A stretch of DNA of 64,000 nucleotides, taken from assembly GCF_009914755.1 (NCBI RefSeq), contig NC_060925.1; one strand, 5' to 3'. Under the pieces are notes generated by a model, which saw only the letters and a list, made by a program, of their open reading frames with translations, was not told where the DNA came from and did not search any database. The stretch comes from the human T2T-CHM13v2.0 reference genome, Homo sapiens. Position numbers and translations under genes: made by a program. This document shows, piece after piece, positions 56,427-64,000 of the stretch (the first letter of the stretch is position 1; each line of letters opens with the position of its first letter).

Positions 56427-57813
56427 CTGTGAGGTGATGAAGGGGAGTAAGGGCCGGTCTTGGACCAGACAGGAGGCCACTCTTACTCAGAAGCAGGCAA
56501 GAAAACACTCAGGACAGTGCGTCTCTGTGTCTGGGCTAGGAGGGGCACTGGGAGGGCTGCTTCAGAGGCTGCAGGGATATTTGCTGGTGAGTTATGGTCC
56601 GGGTTGAGGAAAGGGGACCATCCAGAGCACTTTCTACCCCCGAACATCGACATCACCAGGGGCACATGGACACCCTAGGAGCCTTTTCCAAAATTCCCTC
56701 CAGAGGCTTCCTCCAAGCCCTTGAATTGTCCCACCCCAAACCAGAACTAGTTGACACCCTCAGAATGGAGGTTTGAAAAGAAAAGGAATTAGTTTCTCTA
56801 ATTCCTCTTGTAAGGTTTTTCTTTAAGTAAGATTTTTCTCTAATTAGAATTTCTCTAATTCCTTTACTAAGGTTAGTAAAGACCTGGGGAGCCCACTGTT
56901 TTAGTTTCCTGGCAGGTTAACCTGGTCATCTTTCTTTTAACTCACACCCGTAGAGCGCTTTGTGTTTTTGTTGCTGTTACTAGTCCAGAGTTCGTCAAAA
57001 TCCCCAAGCTGCCCCAAGAACCACCTCTCCACATCTTCCTTCCTTAGTGGGAAGTCCCTGAACTTCTTGAGGGGGTCTCAAGTTCTTTACAGATTGATCC
57101 TATTTTATTTTTATTAATTTAGTCCGAGGACACCAGGCTAAAAACTCCTGCTGCATTTCAATAAACAGTCTGTATATAAGCATTATTTTGGAAGATGAGT
57201 AATCACTTTCATCAGATTCCCAAAAGGGTTCATGATCCAAAAAAGTTTTAGAAAGACTGTTTAGAGCTTTGGGAGCCCTATATTCTGGATTTTCTAGAAA
57301 ACACCAAGTTTCAAATACTCCATTCCATTTTCTCCATAAATCATTTAAAAAATGTCCCCCAAATGCCAATACTTTGGCATCCAGGCTCAATCTCACAGAT
57401 TACCTTTTGTACTCAGAAGTGGAATAAACACTCTTTCTGGGACAAGGTACCCCATTTCTGAGCTCAGAAAACATAGACACTGCATGTTGTCAGGATTAGT
57501 TGGGACCCTCCCTCTTCTCATTTCATGGAAGACGAGACTGAGGCTTGGAGAGGTCTGAGCCCTCTGCTGTGTTTAGACCTATGCTTCTGGCAAGACTGGA
57601 TCTGAAACAGCCTGGAGCAAAGCTCACTGTGCTGCCCTCCAGCTGGGGTGCCAAGAACCCAGAAGGAAATTCAGCCCTCAGAGTTCAGCTCCCCTCCCCT
57701 TTCCCCTGACCACACCTCAGCCTGGCCTGATTCCCTGACCAGGGCTCCCTCTGGCCAGTGCACCAGGTTCCCATCCAGGAGCTTTACCACACAGGTGACC
57801 ACAGTCAACTAAC

Positions 57814-57870
57814 TTCTGAGTGCTGAAATTCCAGCCTCCGATGGCTAACAGGGTCTTCAGCTTGGGATTC
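57814..57870 (-). CDS. CHIT1: CHIT1 exon 4
   Basis: NPKLKTLLAIGGWNFSTQ; AG/GT flanks. Confidence 0.95.
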
Positions 57871-58437
57871 CTGGGAAAGACAGGAGACACAGCAGGATTT
57901 ACTCTGCCAGCTCCCAGGGCACCCTGGCAGGGATGTTACAGTGGGGAGGAACAACAGGGGTGGGGACGTGTGAAAGTGCCTATGTGCAGAGACTGTATTA
58001 GGCATTCTGGGGACAGCTGTAGATTGGAAAAGGGAAGTCACGTTCCTGACTCACAGAACCACCTGTCTAACTGTGTGGGCTCAGGAAGCAAGGATTGGGG
58101 CAGATTCTCAAGAGGCTTTGTGAAGGCGCCCAGAACACTGGAGCTGAAGGGTGGATCAATTTCATAATGAGGAAGGGGCTTCATTATGTGAGACAGAAAG
58201 AGTCTCACAATCCTGATCACACTTAGACCTAAACTGGAAGGGACCTTTGGGATCCCCTAAGCAAACCCTACCTCTTTCATTAAGCACAGGAGAGCCCAGA
58301 GAGGTGATACAACTTGCCCAAAGCCACACAGTGGGTCTGTGGCAGGACCTTAGTGCTGGAGAGGTGTCTGGCTCTGGGAGGAGGTTATCTGTCACCCCAC
58401 CACATCCCACCCACCCTGCTCCTCTGCTTTGGCTCAC

Positions 58438-58639
58438 ATCTTCTTCAGGCCATTGAACTCCTGGTAGAGAGTCTCGTCATTCCACTCAGTGGTGCTCAGC
58501 TGGTGGTTGGTCATGCCAGCGAAGGCGTAGATGAGGTGGGTGCAAAGGCTGGGGTCCAAGTCCTTGGGCAGGAAGCGAGCCTCCCCCTGTCTGTACTGGG
58601 CCCAGTTGGTGAAGTAGCAGACCAGTTTTGCAGCAGAGC
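58438..58639 (-). CDS. CHIT1: CHIT1 exon 3
   Basis: [66 protein letters not shown]; AG/GT flanks. Confidence 0.96.
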
Positions 58640-61301
58640 CTGGCCCGTTGGAGTAAAGAAAAGGGATAGCTGTCAGCAGGACCTTCTGGGGACTGGTCAC
58701 CCTCCATCTGGGGTAGGCAATGTCCTTGGACCTCCCTCTTCTACACCTGGAGTCAGTGGAGGGACCCGACAGGCAGAAATGGCATTTGCTTTTGTGTGGA
58801 TGGAGTCTGGCAGTTGGGAAAGCATTTTCAGAGGCCAGACATGGGATCCTCAGAACACTGAGTGGGCAGGACCATCATCTTCTAAGCCTTCTTTTCCCGG
58901 GAAGCAAGTTGAGGCTCACGAGCTTGGGGCCCGTCCCCATCAGCATGGCTGCTAAGAGGGCAGAGCAGAGGTGCTGCGACCCAAGTCTCATGACTCCTTG
59001 ACATCCTTGAAAGTTGCTAGTCTCAGAGTCCGAGCTCCCAGGATCAGGGTCTGGCAGGCAGGTCTCCCTATCCCCAGTTAGGGTCTCCCCTCCAGGCCCT
59101 GAAACCTGACAGAAGGTAGCCCCAGGCAGCCCCAACATGAGGCCTAGAGGGAATTAGACATGGCATGCTCATCTGCAGAAGGAAGGCAGGCAGAACTTTC
59201 AAAAACGGTTTGGAATACCTCAGAATACTTCGTTAAAATGCAAACAGATAAGTAGCAGAGAGGAGGCCCCAGTTACAGGCCTGGGTTTATGTTTCTTTAG
59301 TCTTGCATTAAAGCCATTTGCATTTGCTTGTTATCCCTTGTAGATAATCTACGTTTATCAATATCACTGCTGAGATTCTAATAGAGCTAATTTTATCTAG
59401 GAGAAGGCATCTTGTCTCTAAGTACCCCACACACTGTAGGGTACTTGTCTCTAGAGTACCCTACAGTGTGTGAAAAGACTTTGCAGGGGTGGGATGGTCT
59501 ATTCCCAGTGAGGGCTCGGTGGTGATGACCCCCACTGAGGTCAGCCCTGTGCAGGGTTGACCAGGACACCAGGAAGCAAGAATGCTAGTCTTCATTCCAG
59601 CATCTGCCAAAAATAGACTTTGGGTCTATCTCATCTTCAATCCCGGCCCCATCTGATAATGACTGTGTGGTCTGTGGGGTCTCTTCCAGTCTCTCAATCT
59701 ATGATGGTGTGGTTTGTATGAGCCAACATTTTATGCCAAGATCTTGATGGAGCAGTGAGTTTGGACTGGAGCGTGCCTGTGGCTGGTGTCTAGAACCTGG
59801 GACTTCCCTTTGCCCCAGCAGGGTCTGTCTGTACCCCCTCCAATGCCCACATGGACAGGGATGGGACGAGGAAGAGGAGGGGTGCAAAGTGTCTATAGGA
59901 GAGTTTTGGGAAGAGACCGCTTAGGCAGGCCTCAACTAGAACCCGAGAGCATGGAGGGCTGACCTTGGGCATACACGTGGCCCCGGAGTGGTCACTGTCT
60001 CTAACCAGAGGTCACCCAGGAGTGCAGCTTGCTAGTGGGGCTGGGGTGTAGCCTGCAATGATACAGGAGAATTGGTGAACTCCCCAAAGGAAAAGAAAGG
60101 AAGGAGGGGATGAAACCAGATAACTCATCCACCAGGCCATGTAGGAAGGAGCCAGGAAGCTCTTTTTCTATCATGTCATGCTGTCGCATATCAAATATTG
60201 TTATGAATTTCTGTACTATGGAGAAAATAAAGTGCAGTGGTTAACAGCAGGGACTCTGGCATGTCAGTGTCTGGGTTGAAATCCCAACTTTGCAACTTAC
60301 TCGCTGTGCGACTCAGCTTCCTCCTGTGTGAAACGGGGAGACCATTGGACCTTCCACAATGTGTGTCACAGGACCCCAGTGTGGGCTAAAGTTAATACAT
60401 GTAAAACACTCGGAGGAACACTGCAAGGAAGAAGTTCTGTTCTAGGTGCTTCACATATATTAACCCTTAGTCCACACAAAGTTCTACTATTATTACTATA
60501 CTGCAGAAAGCCCAGAAGTAGCCTGGACTAAAGCTTTTTGAGAAATCTTCCACCTCTCATCTTCCCCATGTTTGCTGTTTCTGTGCCCCCGGCTGTTCCA
60601 TCCTATGAGGCTGAGAGGGAAATGTACCTCCAATGCTACAGCCCAGCGTGAGAGGCACAGTCGCAGGACAAGTTCTGAGAGGCCAGCATTCCCAGGCCAC
60701 TGATGCCCAGGGAATGGGGTGGGACAAGACGGGGACCAGGAGTTCAAGTTGCTGAAGGTCCCCCAGGTCTCTTTTCCATTTGACACAACAAGGAGCTCCC
60801 TCCTGCCTCTCTCAAGCTCCACATCTGATCAGTTCAACAGACCAGAAGCAAGTGTGTTGTCCTCGCAGAGCTAAGGGGCTGGGGATGCTGAACCAGATGA
60901 GACTTAGGTTCCTTACCTGCAGCAACTTGGAGTCTGAGACTGGTGCAGAGAGACACCTAAGCCAATAATGAGAGGCAGTACTGTACTGTAAAACACACAG
61001 GTGCTGCAAGAGCACAGAGTGCAGAGGAGGGAGCCAGCAACCCCAGGAAAGGAAAGCCCTGAAAGAGGCTGATGCGCAAGCTGGCCCCACAGATGTGCAG
61101 GAGCTCAGCTAATGGATAAGGAGGCAAGAGCCTTCCTGGGAGGGCTGGTAGCAGATGGGGACATTTGCAGGGGTCTGAGCTTTGGAAGAGAGTCCCCACT
61201 GAAATCTGGAGCTCTTGGGGAGGTCTGGCAGGGAAGGTGTTTTGGGACATTAAGCAGAGCCCAGGGAAGGGGCTGAGGCAGCCAAGAAAGAGGCTACTTA
61301 C

Positions 61302-61331
61302 CCCATGGGATCATCAGCAGGACCATGAAAC
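61302..61331 (-). CDS. CHIT1: CHIT1 exon 2 (signal peptide)
   Basis: GFMVLLMIPW; 30 nt; AG/GT flanks. Confidence 0.92.
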
Positions 61332-62380
61332 CTGGAGCAACACAAGAGAGAAGGCCAGGGTTATGCTGCCATTCTCACCTTCCCAGGCCCCACAGCTTAC
61401 GGAAGCACAGGAGGTGGTCAGGGAGGGCTGATTTCATACAAATCAAGCTTTCTCCTTTCAGAAGGGACCCAGGAGGGCACTGTGCCCATCCCTTCATGCA
61501 GACCAGACCACGGGGGTCTCTTCCTGGCCTGGGTTGGTCCTAGAAGCTGATGGAAAGTTCCATGGGCTGAGGCTGCCCCCTCTCTATACCTCAGTAAAGG
61601 GCAGTGTGGATTCAGGAAGATTGTGGAAAAACTGCTGACTTGTGAGTTATTTAGAGAGATAGTTTCTCTTTCGGAACAAGAAACAAGCCTGTTTTGGGGC
61701 TAGAAAGAATCAATCTGGAAGGGCTGCATGGAGAGAGTTCATCTCCTGGGGAGGGCCTGTGCCTCTGCTCCCATCGTTTATGGCTTCCTGTTGCCTTTCC
61801 GCTACCTGGCTGTGGTAGGCAACCACAGCCTTGGAGACCTAGGGTCTGACAGGACTCCTTCGAAGAGATCTCTTTCACCTGGTGACCTTGGACTTCTCTG
61901 TCAACCTAATAGAACCTCCATGAAAATTTGCAAGGATGCCCAGGATCTTGGCCCCAGGCTGCCCTCTTGCAGGACAGACAATATGAGGTTGGAGAAGAGG
62001 TTCTTGGCAGTGGGCGCTTCTTGGATAAGGCCAACAGGAGGGACCTAAGAACATGGGAAAGACACAAAGACCCAGTGCAGGGGCCTCATTGACTCTGGGC
62101 TTTCAGGACAGAGAGAGGAAAGTCAAGTCATCTTCAGCCTGTTGAGAAAAGCCTTCCCTTGCAACATGAAGTCTCTTGGGCTGAAAGAGCCTAAGGGGGA
62201 GCCCACAGGAAAGGTAATCAAGGGACTGCAAGCCAGGAGGCATGGAGAGGGATAAAATGACCCTCTGAAGTTCTCCTGAGTCCTCCTGCTTCCTTGCAAA
62301 TGGTAGCAAGTGGTCCCTGAACATCCACATCCCCACCTCCCCACAGCTCCCGAGACCCAGCCCACTATCCGACGGCTCAC

Positions 62381-62405
62381 CTGCCCAGGCCACAGACCGC
62401 ACCAT
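62381..62405 (-). CDS. CHIT1: CHIT1 coding exon 1, chitotriosidase-1
   Basis: ATG GTG CGG TCT GTG GCC TGG GCA G|GTGAG. Confidence 0.93.
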
Positions 62406-62463
62406 GATGCAGCTCAGCGGCAGGCTGCAGCCCATACAAACCAGCTTTCCAGGTCCTGCTCTG

Positions 62464-62790
62464 CTTTTATCTGGCCACCCTGTCCCACCCCAGCCAGGAG
62501 TGTTGCAATCAGGGGCACTGGGTGGGGGGGATGGGAGCAGGGTGGGGAGGGGTAAGATGTCAAGCAGCATGAATTGGGCAAACTTGACACAATGGCCTTT
62601 AGCAATTCTTGCTTTTCTGGAACAATCAGAGGGTGACTCTTAGTGTTGCCAAACAGAGGAAAGCGGGAAGTGGCCCTGAACCTCCTGATGGATGAGCATG
62701 ACCCTGACTTTCTTTGTGTAGTTGGTGAGGACCATAAGCAGCCCCAGACTTAATAGGGCTTTGGAGGAAGAGAAATGACTCACGAGTCAG
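62464..62790 (-). promoter_or_regulatory. CHIT1: CHIT1 proximal promoter
   Basis: TATA-like GATAAAAG at 62464-62471; C/EBP-like TTGCAAT near 62503; ETS/PU.1-like GAGGAA and GGAAGT near 62655-62672; AP-1 TGACTCA at 62776-62782. Confidence 0.55.
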
Positions 62791-63015
62791 GCAGCTGGGT
62801 TCCAGACCAGCTCTCTTGCTTCTCCACTGCCCTCTCTCAAACTGTTTCTCCATCTAGAAGATAATGGGGTTGCAAATATAATTTACTTTTCATGATAGTA
62901 ATAGTTGCATATCCATTGATGGAGAAAAATAGATAATGATAAATAGTGACTATAAGTTTGGTAATGGCTTGAAATGCCTATGTTTCTTATGAAGAATAAT
63001 AATGGTGGACATTTG

Positions 63016-63786
<771 letters not shown>

Positions 63787-64000
63787 GGACCCAAGTGGGC
63801 ACATATTACTGTAATGTCTGCAGACAATGTCTGGTGTATGCATGAACTCCAGGGTCCCTGAGAAAGCTCTGCAGTTTCTAGGGGATCCAGTCTTTGGCCG
63901 GTGGGCTTAACATGAATGGCCTAGATGGCCACGTGGGAATATTGGGTGCGGCAGGCTGTGGAGTTAGGTTCCTGAGTTTGAATTCCTCCTCTGCCATTTA

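Noticed and set aside
56786-56875. Short repeated tttctctaatt motif
   Set aside because: AT-rich, low-complexity local slippage with no further structure
58314-58955. 213-aa + strand ORF
   Set aside because: Antisense shadow of CHIT1 exon 3; non-ATG start
60910-60920. Strong donor-like CAG|GTAAGG in CHIT1 intron 2 as a cryptic exon
   Set aside because: No convincing matching acceptor or frame support could be established from sequence alone

Overview
Human genomic DNA, recognisable as the chr1q32.1 chitinase locus. It contains the tail of a + strand 3'UTR (probably ADORA1) and three complete minus-strand spliced genes. MYBPH has 10 coding exons plus a 3' non-coding exon (477 aa). CHI3L1/YKL-40 has 10 coding exons (383 aa) and is a catalytically dead GH18 lectin. 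CHIT1/chitotriosidase has 11 constitutive coding exons plus a 71-nt stop-containing alternative exon (466 aa). All three CDSs were assembled by hand from GT-AG junctions and close in frame (1434, 1152 and 1401 nt). This haplotype carries CHI3L1 -131C and Gly145, CHIT1 Ser102 and Gly442, and no CHIT1 24-bp exon-10 duplication; allele names are recalled, not looked up. The roughly 29 kb between CHI3L1 and CHIT1 is repeat-rich (Alu, L1, L2, MIR, solo LTRs, hAT DNA transposons). I found no foreign insert or new gene system. The best unexplained signals are: (1) a possible decayed chitin-binding-domain exon downstream of CHI3L1; (2) two local duplications upstream of CHI3L1; (3) an exact 36-bp repeat flanking CHIT1 exon 7; (4) two hairpin-forming inverted repeats in CHIT1 introns; (5) a CTCF motif between two CHIT1 polyA signals; (6) an overlapping NF-kB/STAT6 motif in the CHI3L1 promoter. 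Repeat-family names and boundaries are by eye and approximate.
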